Source: a virus (lineage: Duplodnaviria > Caudoviricetes). From it: a stretch of 64,000 bases of DNA. Below, one piece after another: positions 10,772 through 20,220 of the stretch. Both the position numbers and the translations under genes were made by a program. Numbering within the stretch: position 1 is the stretch's first letter; each line of letters starts with the position of its first letter. Under the pieces are notes generated by a model. That model ran no database searches and was not told where the DNA came from. It was given only the letters and a program-made list of their open reading frames with translations. The DNA lies in IMG/VR virus record IMGVR_UViG_2848385391_000003; one strand, written 5' to 3'.

Positions 10772-11169
10772 AAACCCATCAATTCGAACTGGATGGCATC
10801 ACCTATCGCATGACGCCCGCGAACGCGATGGCTGGCTGGACCGCTTTAAAGCAAGCTGGCAAATTACTTGAGGGGATTAAGGTTTCGCCTCAGAGTCAGG
10901 GCGAGATCGAAATCGGCACGCTTTTAGCTCATTTAGGCAGCCCGCAAGTCGCTGAGATCGAACGTCTGATTTATGAACATACGACTGTTCAAGCCAATCA
11001 AGATAAACCTTTTAGGCTCGCCCATCAGCTTGAGACCCATTTTAATCAGCACCGCTCGCACCTCATCCGCATTTTGCTGGAAGGCTGTAAGGTGCAATTC
11101 GCCGATTTTTTCAAAGGGGGCGCTTGGAACAGTCTAAGCGCCCTCATGCCCACTCCGGTTCAGACCTAA
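10768..11169 (+). CDS. Tail assembly chaperone (gpG-like)
   Basis: Between tube and tape measure; ends ..FADFF.. at slippery T TTT TTC. Confidence 0.8.
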   Translation: MKTHQFELDGITYRMTPANAMAGWTALKQAGKLLEGIKVSPQSQGEIEIGTLLAHLGSPQVAEIERLIYEHTTVQANQDKPFRLAHQLETHFNQHRSHLIRILLEGCKVQFADFFKGGAWNSLSALMPTPVQT

Positions 11170-11327
11170 TCGACTGGTTTATTTGGCTACCCATTATGCG
11201 CCAATTCTGCACCCTGAATGAACTGCGTTCTGTTTATACGCTGTCTGACTTAGTCGAGTTTCATCAGACCATAGCGCAGTGGGACACCATTCAAACCAAA
11301 CTGACTCAAAACACCCATGGTCGTTGA
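11106..11327 (+). CDS. Tail chaperone -1 frameshift extension (gpGT-like)
   Basis: Heptamer TTTTTTC at 11106-11112 in X-XXY-YYZ register; -1 frame open into ...TLNELRSVYTLSDL... Confidence 0.7.
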   Translation, partial: FFQRGRLEQSKRPHAHSGSDLIDWFIWLPIMRQFCTLNELRSVYTLSDLVEFHQTIAQWDTIQTKLTQNTHGR

Positions 11328-12981
11328 TGAATTTCTCTTTAAGCTCGGCGTCGTCGCGGATCTTAAGCAAGCCCGGCACTTTCGCCAAACGCTCTCCGAT
11401 GTCGCCCGCACCGCTTCGATTGCTACAACCGCCGTGGGCGCATTGGCAGGCGGCCTCACCGCTTTCTTTGCCAAAGCGTTGAACGGCCTCAATACGCTGA
11501 ATCAAGCGGCACGCGAAACCGGCGTCAGCGCCGAATATTTACAGCAACTCGGCTTTGCTGCGGCGCAAAATGGCGCTTCTCTTGAAGCGGCCACCGCTTC
11601 CGTACGCGGACTCTCTAAAGTCATTGGCGAGGCAGCGGATGGGATAGGACGCGGTGCACGCGCCTTTGAGCATTACGGCTTAAGCGCCAAAAACGCCAAT
11701 GGCTCGATTAAATCCGTCACGCAGATGATGGGCGAATTGCAGGAAAAAATGCAGCGCCTCTCTGATCCTCAGCGCAGCGCCTTCTTACAAAAGATGGGCA
11801 TCGATGCGGCGATGCTGCAAACGCTGCGCTTATCCAAAGCTGAGCTGCACGAGTTGATGCAAGAGGCACAGGATTTAGGCATCGCGACACAAGAGCAGGC
11901 GGATAGGGCTTCTGCCTGGGGCGATGCAATGATGCGCATAAGCTGGGTATTCAAGTCTTTACGTACACAAATCGCGTTGGGCCTAGCGCCTCAGTTACTT
12001 CTACTCGCGGATCGCTTCAAAGCCTTTTTGTTACGTCATAAAGAACTCATTCGGGATGGACTGCGTCGATTCATTGACATCCTGTTTGCTGCCGTACAAG
12101 CGCTGGTTCATACAGGGTCTGCGATGGATCGCGTGATCCGCCATACGATCGGCTGGAAAGCGGCTCTATGGGCATTGGTCGGTGTCTTAGCCTGGGTCAA
12201 GCGCGCAACGATGGCCGCATTTGTCGTCAATCCCGTTGCGTGGCTCGCTGCGGCTATCGCAGGGCTAATTGTCTTGATCGATGACTTGATGACCCATCTC
12301 CGAGGCGGTGAAGCCTCTTTGGCCAGATTTTGGGATTGGCTTGGAAACGGGATCAACTATGCCCAAGAAGCTTTTGCTCAATGCTGCAACTATTTAACTC
12401 GGTTTCAAAAGACGCTGGCGCAGGTATCCAGCAAAATTAAAGCTCTTATCAATTCAACCTGGGCACAGCTCGTTCAATTGATTCGTCAAACTTGGAAAAG
12501 CCTTTTAGCCAAAAGTACCGCACTTGTTGCCCGCCTTAAAACACTCTTTCTCTCGCTCTTGGAATCCGCTCGCACGCTATGGACGAATATCACGGATGGG
12601 ATTGCTCAGGCTTTTGAAACGGCCTTTAACCGCATACAGTGCGCCTGGGACAACGTGTTTGGATGGATCTCGAAAGGGTGGGCCAAACTTCAATCCAGCT
12701 TCCGTTGGATGGGCGAAAAACTGAATCTGACACAAGCCATTGATATTTCTCAAGCCGTCAACCTGGCTTCGGCTTCCGCTCATCCAGCTGCGCATCAAAG
12801 TAACACTGTGACCCACCATACGACACATCATGCGCAGCGCACTCAGCAACAGACAGTCAATCAAGACATTAAAATTCATATCGCCTCTTCTGATCCCGTC
12901 GCCGCAGGCCGCGCCACTGTGGAGGCACTGCGTCAACAACGCATTGCTACACATAATAGCCACAGTGCGGCCAAACTATGA
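11317..12981 (+). CDS. Tape measure protein
   Basis: Ala/Gly-rich helical 554 aa with hydrophobic segments and W-periodic region. Confidence 0.88.
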   Translation: MVVDEFLFKLGVVADLKQARHFRQTLSDVARTASIATTAVGALAGGLTAFFAKALNGLNTLNQAARETGVSAEYLQQLGFAAAQNGASLEAATASVRGLSKVIGEAADGIGRGARAFEHYGLSAKNANGSIKSVTQMMGELQEKMQRLSDPQRSAFLQKMGIDAAMLQTLRLSKAELHELMQEAQDLGIATQEQADRASAWGDAMMRISWVFKSLRTQIALGLAPQLLLLADRFKAFLLRHKELIRDGLRRFIDILFAAVQALVHTGSAMDRVIRHTIGWKAALWALVGVLAWVKRATMAAFVVNPVAWLAAAIAGLIVLIDDLMTHLRGGEASLARFWDWLGNGINYAQEAFAQCCNYLTRFQKTLAQVSSKIKALINSTWAQLVQLIRQTWKSLLAKSTALVARLKTLFLSLLESARTLWTNITDGIAQAFETAFNRIQCAWDNVFGWISKGWAKLQSSFRWMGEKLNLTQAIDISQAVNLASASAHPAAHQSNTVTHHTTHHAQRTQQQTVNQDIKIHIASSDPVAAGRATVEALRQQRIATHNSHSAAKL

Positions 12982-13718
12982 CGATCTCAGTGATGCACCG
13001 CCGCATCGGCACCGTCACACTCGATGCAACGCTCGCTGAGCAACATCAGTCGGTGTTACGCATTTCTGAAAACCCGATTGAATCCGGTGCGTTGATTGCC
13101 GATCATGCAGCGCTTGAACCCAAACAGATTACGATCACTGGGATTGTGACCGATTACCAGCCACCGCCTGCAATCCCAACCGGTATGACGGGGGCGCTGC
13201 TACGCCAAAGTCCAGACTTTTTTAATCAGCTCCCTTTACCGACCGAAGTCAAATCAGTCACGATGCAGGCGGCTTCTCGGATTCAGCGAGAGTTAGGTTC
13301 TGCGCGCACCCTTCAGCAGTCAATCGCTAACAGCCTAGAGCAGGCGCGCCCCCTCGTTCCCTGGTTGCCAGCCTGGAGCGGAGTCGATTCCAGCTCGACT
13401 CAGGAGCGTGTACAGCAGGTGTATGAAGCACTGCTGGAATTACAACGGTCCATTGAACCCATTGAGATTATGACGGGCGCCAGGCTCTACAGCAATATGC
13501 TGCTACAGGCGATTAGCCTAAATCAGATGCAAGAGGGCGTGGCGGAATTCACTTTGACGTGCCGAGAAATCATGATCGTCAATACGCACGCCATCGCAGG
13601 CGTCAAACAGGCTTCTGGCAGAGCCGGCAAGCAAGCCGCCGCTAAAACGCAAAAAGGCAAAGTGCAACTCCAGCCCGCCGATAAAAAGAAGTCTTTGCTG
13701 AAGCATCTATTGGGCTAA
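12978..13718 (+). CDS. Baseplate/tube initiator (Dit-like) protein
   Basis: E.H.S.L.ISENPIESGA.IADHA..EP motif. Confidence 0.75.
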   Translation: MTISVMHRRIGTVTLDATLAEQHQSVLRISENPIESGALIADHAALEPKQITITGIVTDYQPPPAIPTGMTGALLRQSPDFFNQLPLPTEVKSVTMQAASRIQRELGSARTLQQSIANSLEQARPLVPWLPAWSGVDSSSTQERVQQVYEALLELQRSIEPIEIMTGARLYSNMLLQAISLNQMQEGVAEFTLTCREIMIVNTHAIAGVKQASGRAGKQAAAKTQKGKVQLQPADKKKSLLKHLLG

Positions 13719-13721
13719 GCC

Positions 13722-14039
13722 ATGCATTTGATCCCCGTTGATTCCGCCCCGTATCAAGAAATGACGATTGCGTTTAAAGGGCATGCGTTGCGCTTAACCC
13801 TACGCTACAACAGTCTTGCCGATTATTGGGCGCTAGATGTTTTTGATTTAAAGCGGGATCGCTATACCGCCCAAGGGCTGCCGCTGGTTGTTGGTGTCCC
13901 TCTTTTATGGCGCAGACCTGTTGAGTATTGCTTCATTCTCAGCGATGAAAGCGGTATTGGCCTCGATCCAGTCGGTGGGGACGATTTAGGCCAGCGCTGT
14001 TTCCTGTATATCGTTGATAAAGCGCAGATTCATTTATGA
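13722..14039 (+). CDS. Small baseplate protein
   Basis: LRLTLRYN....W..D, PLVVGV.LL motif; synteny. Confidence 0.7.
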   Translation: MHLIPVDSAPYQEMTIAFKGHALRLTLRYNSLADYWALDVFDLKRDRYTAQGLPLVVGVPLLWRRPVEYCFILSDESGIGLDPVGGDDLGQRCFLYIVDKAQIHL

Positions 14040-14866
14040 AACAATTTGGCCGACGCTATCAGTTGGCGCTGGGCAATCCACACGATGGCGTACTGATCGA
14101 TGCGCTGCGCGTCTCCTTTGACCTCTGTAAAACCATTGACGCTAAGCCCAATCCGGCTCAAATCTGCATTTGGAATCTGAATCGCACACATCTCAATCAG
14201 CTCTTGAGCGGCAGGTTTAAACGGATCGCCTTATCTGTGGGCTATGCAGAGCTGCGCTTACTCTATACCGGCGACATCCTCAAAGCTACGCTACAGCGCG
14301 ATGGACTCGATTCGATTCTGGTGCTGGAGTGCGCTGATGGTGACACCGATTATCGGACTGCGCGTGTCTCGCTCACCCTCAAAGCAGGCACCTCGGATGG
14401 GCAAGCCATTCAGCAGCTTGCACAATCATTGGATCAAACCCAACTTGGTACCGTGGCTCACGGTCGGCTGAATAGCCTGCCTCGTGGGCGCGTCTTTTGC
14501 GGCAATACCCGCGATGCACTGCATCAAATCGCTCAGGCCAATCAGGCCGACTGGTCAATTCAGGATGGCGAATTAATGATGCTGCCGGCCCAGCAGGTAT
14601 TAGCGGATGAAGCTGTTTTGATTTCTCAAGACACCGGCATGATCGGCGCACCTGAAGCCAGCGAAGACGGGCTGATCGTCACCGCTTTACTGAATCCCGC
14701 CATCCGTATCGGCAGCTTAGTGCGCGTGCACTCCGTCACTGAATCATTCAATGGCAATTATAAAGTCGTCAGCGTCTCGCATTGCGGTGATACCTATGGC
14801 GATGAATGGCTCACCACAATAACGGCTGTAGGCGGAGCCTTTACGCCCATTAAGGATAAATCATGA
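14036..14866 (+). CDS. Baseplate hub protein
   Basis: PNPA.I.IWNL, WSIQDG, TGMIGAP, LLNPAIRIG motifs. Confidence 0.78.
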   Translation: MKQFGRRYQLALGNPHDGVLIDALRVSFDLCKTIDAKPNPAQICIWNLNRTHLNQLLSGRFKRIALSVGYAELRLLYTGDILKATLQRDGLDSILVLECADGDTDYRTARVSLTLKAGTSDGQAIQQLAQSLDQTQLGTVAHGRLNSLPRGRVFCGNTRDALHQIAQANQADWSIQDGELMMLPAQQVLADEAVLISQDTGMIGAPEASEDGLIVTALLNPAIRIGSLVRVHSVTESFNGNYKVVSVSHCGDTYGDEWLTTITAVGGAFTPIKDKS

Positions 14867-15564
14867 AATGGCATACCCCTTCCTTGGATGCTGCGATTGA
14901 AGCCAGCATCACCGCTGCCCTCAAAAAGCTGCATGTCGCCTTGCCGGGTCGAATTGTGAGTTTTGATCCCAGCACGCAAACCGCTTCCGTGCAGCCCTTG
15001 ATCGAGCAGATTTTACAGAACGAGCAAGCCGCGCCTCTGCCTATGCTCACCGATGTGCCGGTGCACTTTCCCCGTGGCGGAGCCTTTGTACTCACCTTTC
15101 CCGTGGCGCCAGGCGACGAATGCTTAATACTCTTTGCTGAACGCTGTATTGATGGCTGGTTTGCCAGTGGGCAATCGAGCATTCCGCTGGATTATCGCCT
15201 GCATGATCTATCCGATGGCTTTGCTTTAGTCGGATTTTCTTCTTTACCTCGCGCCATTCCAGAGTATGCAACGGATGCGGTAATGATGCGCACGCTCGAT
15301 GGCAGCGCTTACTTTAAATTGGATCAGGCGGGGCATATGACGATCAAAGGCACCCAATTGACGATCCAATGCCCCGTCGTCGTTGAACAGCTTTTAACCT
15401 ACCAAGCCGGCTTAAGCGGTACCGGCAGCGCAGAAACTGGCACGACCATTACAGGCAATATCTCGCATAGCGGCGGTGAATTGAGTTCCAATGGCGTGAC
15501 GCTGCATGCTCACCGGCATAGCGGAGTTAAAGCCGGCGGAGATTGCTCAGGTGGCCCACAATGA
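14863..15564 (+). CDS. Baseplate spike (Gp138-like/gpV)
   Basis: DVPVHFPRGG, GDECL, HDLSD and C-terminal HxH (HAHRH). Confidence 0.85.
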   Translation: MKWHTPSLDAAIEASITAALKKLHVALPGRIVSFDPSTQTASVQPLIEQILQNEQAAPLPMLTDVPVHFPRGGAFVLTFPVAPGDECLILFAERCIDGWFASGQSSIPLDYRLHDLSDGFALVGFSSLPRAIPEYATDAVMMRTLDGSAYFKLDQAGHMTIKGTQLTIQCPVVVEQLLTYQAGLSGTGSAETGTTITGNISHSGGELSSNGVTLHAHRHSGVKAGGDCSGGPQ

Positions 15565-15908
15565 AAGTGCGGCGGCTCGATGCGAACCATGACTGGACCT
15601 TTGGACAAGGACGCGCCAATTATGCAACCCTCGCTGAATCGGTCGCCCAGCGCGTCAAATCTCGCTTATTGTCGTTTCAGGGTGATTGGTTTTTGGATCT
15701 AGAGCACGGCTTACCTTGGCTGCCCACCTTTGAGCGGCCTGCGGATTTGCGGAAGATTGAACACCTTGTGAAACGCACGATTTTACACACGCACGGGGTG
15801 CGCGAGCTTCTGAATTTAGAGTTGGCATGGGACGCCAGCACTCGCCGTCTAACGATGACTGCCCAGCTTAAAGATCACGATGATCAATTGATCGACATCA
15901 CGAATTAG
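15561..15908 (+). CDS. Baseplate wedge/sheath initiator (gp25-like)
   Basis: D..FG.G, GDWFLD...GLPW motifs. Confidence 0.78.
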   Translation: MKVRRLDANHDWTFGQGRANYATLAESVAQRVKSRLLSFQGDWFLDLEHGLPWLPTFERPADLRKIEHLVKRTILHTHGVRELLNLELAWDASTRRLTMTAQLKDHDDQLIDITN

Positions 15909-15924
15909 ATTTCCCCAAAAAAGG

Positions 15925-15962
15925 AAAAAACCTCGAACTGTTAGCTGCAGTCGGTTTTTTTT
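15925..15962 (+). terminator. Imperfect hairpin with flanking A/T runs inside the baseplate cluster
   Basis: AAAAAACCTCGAACTG-TTAGCTG-CAGTCGGTTTTTTTT; stronger version at 59151-59195. Confidence 0.45.
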
Positions 15963-15996
15963 GTTTCTACCCCTCGCACTTATTTATAGGATATGC

Positions 15997-16155
15997 ATGG
16001 AAACTGTCACTGTCACATTTACCCCTACCGAGTTCCATAAAACCCTATGGCATATCGCCGCAAAGATATGGATTTGCATGATTATCTGGCGTTTGCCTGA
16101 GCTGATTAAGGCGGTGTGCTCCGTCGCGTGTACATACATTCACGCAACACACTAG
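15997..16155 (+). CDS. Small hydrophobic protein (52 aa), unknown function
   Basis: TAGGA RBS, METV...IWRLPELI; divergent homologue at 59271-59411; stop abuts the baseplate J ATG. Confidence 0.6.
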   Translation: METVTVTFTPTEFHKTLWHIAAKIWICMIIWRLPELIKAVCSVACTYIHATH

Positions 16156-17301
16156 ATGGCTCAACTGACTGAACAAGGCTTCATCATTGAGCGATTGGAT
16201 GCCAACCTCGCTCAGCTCGATGCAGGCTTTAGAGCTATTTACGGCGCGGACATCAATACCGAGCCAGATAGTCCTGATGGACAACTCATTGGCCTCATCG
16301 CCCAAATTAAAACCGATCTGGAAGAACTCGCTGAATCCATTTATAAAGCACTCGATCCTGAAGCTGCCAGTGGTGTTTGGCTTGAACAGCGCGTCGCCTA
16401 TGCCGGACTCACGCGCAGACAAGCGCGCTATAGCTATCTACGCCATACGGTTTTGACCGGCACGCCCAGCACGTTGATTCCGGCTGGCGCAGTCCTCACC
16501 GATCCGCATCATCGACGGTGGGTTGTCGTAGCCAATACCACGCTGAATGAAAATGGCTCGGCGCACGCTGATTTAAGAAGTGAAACGCTCGGTGCCTTTC
16601 CTCTGCCGGCCCACACCGAACTCACCCTAGAAACGCTCTTTTTAGGCTGGCGCTCCGCTCAAAGCAGCCAAGCCGCAGAAGTCGGAGAAGAGGAAGAAAC
16701 CGATGCCGAGCTGCGACGCCGGTTCTTTATTAGCCGTGCAAAAGCGGCTCAAAACTCCGTCGATGGGATGATCGTTAAGCTCTTACAGCTCGCCGATGTC
16801 CGGCAAGCCGTCTGTTTAGAAAATGACAGCAATCGAACCGATGCAAACGATGTTCCTGCGCACAGCCTTAATATTATTGTAGAAGGCGGCTCAGATGCCG
16901 AGATTGCTCAGGTGATCTTTGAGAATAAAACCGCTGGCACAGGGCTACGCGGCGCAGTGCAAACGCACATTCTCGACAACACAGGTATGACGCGCTCAAT
17001 CCGCTTTGATCGACCCGCGGTCGTCGACTGCGCTGCTTACCTCGAAGTGCGCCGTAATGCCCATTTTACGGCGGTCGACGTTGAAGCGATTAAAGCCACA
17101 CTAACCAGAACCGCGTTCAGCATGGGCGAAACGGTACTGCTCTCGCGCTTATACAGCCCTATCAATACCGTACAAGGGTTTTGGGTGGAAACACTCAACA
17201 TTGGTCGACGCGGCACACCCCTCGCCGCCAGTAATATTGAAATCGGCGTGCGCGAAATGGCCCGCTTTGCGGCTAACGATATTGAAGTCGTCGTGCTCTA
17301 A
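16156..17301 (+). CDS. Baseplate J/gp47 family protein
   Basis: SPDGQLIG, EETDAELRRR, IVEGG.D.EIA motifs. Confidence 0.88.
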   Translation: MAQLTEQGFIIERLDANLAQLDAGFRAIYGADINTEPDSPDGQLIGLIAQIKTDLEELAESIYKALDPEAASGVWLEQRVAYAGLTRRQARYSYLRHTVLTGTPSTLIPAGAVLTDPHHRRWVVVANTTLNENGSAHADLRSETLGAFPLPAHTELTLETLFLGWRSAQSSQAAEVGEEEETDAELRRRFFISRAKAAQNSVDGMIVKLLQLADVRQAVCLENDSNRTDANDVPAHSLNIIVEGGSDAEIAQVIFENKTAGTGLRGAVQTHILDNTGMTRSIRFDRPAVVDCAAYLEVRRNAHFTAVDVEAIKATLTRTAFSMGETVLLSRLYSPINTVQGFWVETLNIGRRGTPLAASNIEIGVREMARFAANDIEVVVL

Positions 17302-17313
17302 AAATCACACACC

Positions 17314-17967
17314 ATGTCTTATGAATCACTGCTTATCTGGCAGTATAAGGGCAAGCCCAAAGCACGCGCCACCGCACAACTGATTGATCACTATTTTAGT
17401 GACACATGGCAGGGTCTCGCCGATCTACCCAATGCCCTCCATATTGAGATCGCTTCAGGCAAAAACCTAGACCTAGTGGGCCAACATGTCGGGCAATCCC
17501 GTGTCTTGTCAGGTCTGGCCCCTCGCAGTTTGTTCGGTTTTGAGCGCGCACCAGGCGCTCAAGGTTTGAGTCGAACCGGTTTAGGCGGCGGCAAATGGTA
17601 TCGTAAGGGCGATGTCATTACCGATTCCGTCGTGCTCGATGACGATGATTTTCGCTTTCTCATCAAATGCCGCATCGCCAAAAACCATATGACGGGCACC
17701 CTCCCTGACATTACACACGCGCTGGATTTTATCTTTGGCGGGCAAGCCAGTGTCTATGATCAGTTCGACATGAGTTTCACCGTCACCATTCGCAGCGATC
17801 AAATCACCGCCTTTAAACGCTATGCAATTCAGACGCTCGATATTCTGCCCCGACCCGCAGGCGTCAACGTCAACTATGTCGTTTTAGCCAACATTACCGC
17901 TTTCGGATTCGCCAACTCACCTGGCGCATTCGCTTTTAACCATGGAAAATTTGCGAGGTATTTATGA
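17314..17967 (+). CDS. Baseplate wedge protein (DUF2612)
   Basis: LLIWQY..KPKA, G..LDLVG..VGQSR, LPRPAGV. Confidence 0.85.
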   Translation: MSYESLLIWQYKGKPKARATAQLIDHYFSDTWQGLADLPNALHIEIASGKNLDLVGQHVGQSRVLSGLAPRSLFGFERAPGAQGLSRTGLGGGKWYRKGDVITDSVVLDDDDFRFLIKCRIAKNHMTGTLPDITHALDFIFGGQASVYDQFDMSFTVTIRSDQITAFKRYAIQTLDILPRPAGVNVNYVVLANITAFGFANSPGAFAFNHGKFARYL

Positions 17968-18953
17968 CTCTTTATGCACGTCCTGATGAACACGTCTTTG
18001 CTCAGGGTGCGCGCCCTGGAGAAGTTCAACCCTTTCCCGATCTTTCCAGAGGGTGGGGCGTTGCCTTTGACCAGACTGGCGGCATCCCACCGATGGAATG
18101 GTTTAATTTTATTGGCAAACGCGCTGATGAAGCCATTCGCTATCTGATGCAACGCGGCTTGCCCGAATGGTCTGAGACAGAAGACTATCCTGAAGGCAGT
18201 TATATTCAATATTCTGGTAAAACCTATCGCGCCAAAGTAGCGAATAAGGGTAAAACGCCTTCAACTCATTTAGCCGAATGGGAAGAATGGGGTCTTACGC
18301 GTGAAGCGCTCAATGCGCACTTTCACCCCAAAGATGGGGAGTTGGCTTGGTCCAAAATCACCAAAACGCCAACAACATTAGACGGTTACGGTATTACCAA
18401 TGCCGCTACGGCTCAAGATGTGGAACACCGCTTCTCCGAAATCCATCAGCGCTTTCATCCTAAAAATGGTCCATTGCCTTGGGCAAAAATTTCTGACAAA
18501 CCCACAACGCTCAGCGGATACGGCATTACAGATGCTGCGCCCATTGCGAACCCCGCTTTCTCCGGACAGCCTACCGCACCCACTCCGTCAGCTCAAGACA
18601 GGAGTACCCGTATCGCTACCACCGCTTCCACCTGGGCCACCCTTCTTAGCCTGTTTACTGGACCTGACCGACAATCCTTTCAAGGCAACGGGTTCCAGAA
18701 ACTTCCAGGTGGCCTCATTCTCCAATGGGGTTTCACCTCTACCCACGGCAATGGAATGTCTAATGTGATTTTCCCTGTCAAGTTTTCAACGAAATGTCTG
18801 GCCATTCATGGCACTCATCTCGGCACTGGATGTGCAACCGTCATCGAATATGTCGGGACTCGAACCAATATCGGCGCCACATTGCGCACTCTCGATGAAA
18901 ATGCCATGACCCGCGCAGGATGGGGCCTTCATTGGTTTGCTATTGGACATTAA
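17964..18953 (+). CDS. Tail fibre protein with gp53-like C-terminal domain
   Basis: GW......PPMEWFN anchor, two PTTL.GYGIT repeats, QKLPGGLILQWG...WFAIGH end. Confidence 0.85.
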   Translation: MTLYARPDEHVFAQGARPGEVQPFPDLSRGWGVAFDQTGGIPPMEWFNFIGKRADEAIRYLMQRGLPEWSETEDYPEGSYIQYSGKTYRAKVANKGKTPSTHLAEWEEWGLTREALNAHFHPKDGELAWSKITKTPTTLDGYGITNAATAQDVEHRFSEIHQRFHPKNGPLPWAKISDKPTTLSGYGITDAAPIANPAFSGQPTAPTPSAQDRSTRIATTASTWATLLSLFTGPDRQSFQGNGFQKLPGGLILQWGFTSTHGNGMSNVIFPVKFSTKCLAIHGTHLGTGCATVIEYVGTRTNIGATLRTLDENAMTRAGWGLHWFAIGH

Positions 18954-19005
18954 TTTGCCCTCTCATGTCTATTCTTCTGTTTTCTATTTAAACCCACTTC
19001 ATCGT

Positions 19006-19425
19006 ATGACTTTTTATTATTCAAAATCAGAACCCGGATTTTACTGCGTCGGGATACATGGCGATAACATCCCTAAAGATGCTGTCTCTATTACTCAAGA
19101 AGAGCACACCGCATTGCTCAATGCCCAATCCAAAGGTAAATGGATCCAGTCTAATGAGAACGGCTACCCAGTGGCTGTTGACCCGCCTCCACTTACCCCT
19201 GAGGAGTGGGCCGACATTAATTTACGCTGTCGACAGGCTCGGTTGAGTCAAGCGGCTTTAAAAGTCGCTCCTTTACAAGATGCCGTAGACCTCAACATCG
19301 CCACGGATGACGAAAAACAGCTTCTCAAAGAATGGAAACTTTATCGAGTTGCTCTCAACCGCATTGAGCAGCACTCTAGCCTTTCCGCCGAGATCGAATG
19401 GCCTAAACCGCCTGATGAGAATTGA
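19006..19425 (+). CDS. Tail fibre assembly chaperone (Tfa)
   Basis: PLQDAVDL..AT.EE...L..WKLYRV.LNR...WP.PP. Confidence 0.88.
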   Translation: MTFYYSKSEPGFYCVGIHGDNIPKDAVSITQEEHTALLNAQSKGKWIQSNENGYPVAVDPPPLTPEEWADINLRCRQARLSQAALKVAPLQDAVDLNIATDDEKQLLKEWKLYRVALNRIEQHSSLSAEIEWPKPPDEN

Positions 19426-19443
19426 ACCCATTGATATTGTGTC

Positions 19444-19468
19444 GACCGCCTTAGAGCGGTCTTTTTTT
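19444..19468 (+). terminator. Intrinsic terminator before the lysis cassette
   Basis: GACCGC-CTTAGA-GCGGTC plus T7. Confidence 0.7.
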
Positions 19469-19487
19469 CGTCTACACACCTCTATAT

Positions 19488-19913
19488 ATGACCGACACCT
19501 TTGACAGGGCCACACTCGTTTCAGAGCTTAAACGCGATGAAGGCGAGCGCTTGAAACCCTACTTCGATACCGTCGGCAAAATCACCATCGGCGTCGGGCG
19601 CAATTTGACGGATGGGGGCATCTCTCAAAGCGAATCCGAGATCCTTTTGCATAACGATATTGCACGAACGCTTAGATGGCTGGATCGGAATTTACCCTGG
19701 TGGCGCACGCTAGATACAGTGCGGCAACGTGTGCTCATCCATATGGCCTTTAACCTGGGCGGCAATCTTCTGACCTTTGTTCATACTCTAGATGCCATGC
19801 AACGCAACGACTACGCAGCCGCGGCTAACGGCATGCTCGCATCCAAATGGGCGAATCAGGTCGGCCAACGAGCACGGCGCCTAGCTAATATGATGCGCAC
19901 CGGAAAAATTTAA
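19488..19913 (+). CDS. Endolysin (T4-lysozyme/GH24-like)
   Basis: DEG....Y.DT.G..TIGVG.NL, MAFNLG, SKWA.QV..RA. Confidence 0.9.
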   Translation: MTDTFDRATLVSELKRDEGERLKPYFDTVGKITIGVGRNLTDGGISQSESEILLHNDIARTLRWLDRNLPWWRTLDTVRQRVLIHMAFNLGGNLLTFVHTLDAMQRNDYAAAANGMLASKWANQVGQRARRLANMMRTGKI

Positions 19914-19929
19914 CTCTCAACATCAAAAA

Positions 19930-20220
19930 ATGAATCTTCACGAACATGACCGAATGCTTGCCATATTGGCTGCGATGGGTGCTGTGCTTGGGATTGGTAA
20001 ATTGCTCAATGGCGGCGAGAAAATTACCGCTCGGCTGATTATCGGGCGCATGATTGTGGGTGCGGGCTTAAGCGTCGCCGCCAGCTCCACCCTCATGCTT
20101 CTGCCTGAACTTTCTCCGATCGCTGTCACAGGCCTCGGCGCAGCACTCGGCATTCTCGGCCAGTCCTATTTGGAAATGGCTGTACAACGCTGGTTTGGGA
20201 AACGCTCAAATGCTAACTAA
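19930..20220 (+). CDS. Holin
   Basis: 96 aa, about 3 hydrophobic segments, basic C-terminus, in lysis cassette. Confidence 0.8.
   Translation: MNLHEHDRMLAILAAMGAVLGIGKLLNGGEKITARLIIGRMIVGAGLSVAASSTLMLLPELSPIAVTGLGAALGILGQSYLEMAVQRWFGKRSNAN

Noticed and set aside
17964-19425. Invertible tail fibre cassette
   Set aside because: No invertase, no inverted second fibre tip and no flanking inverted repeats were seen.
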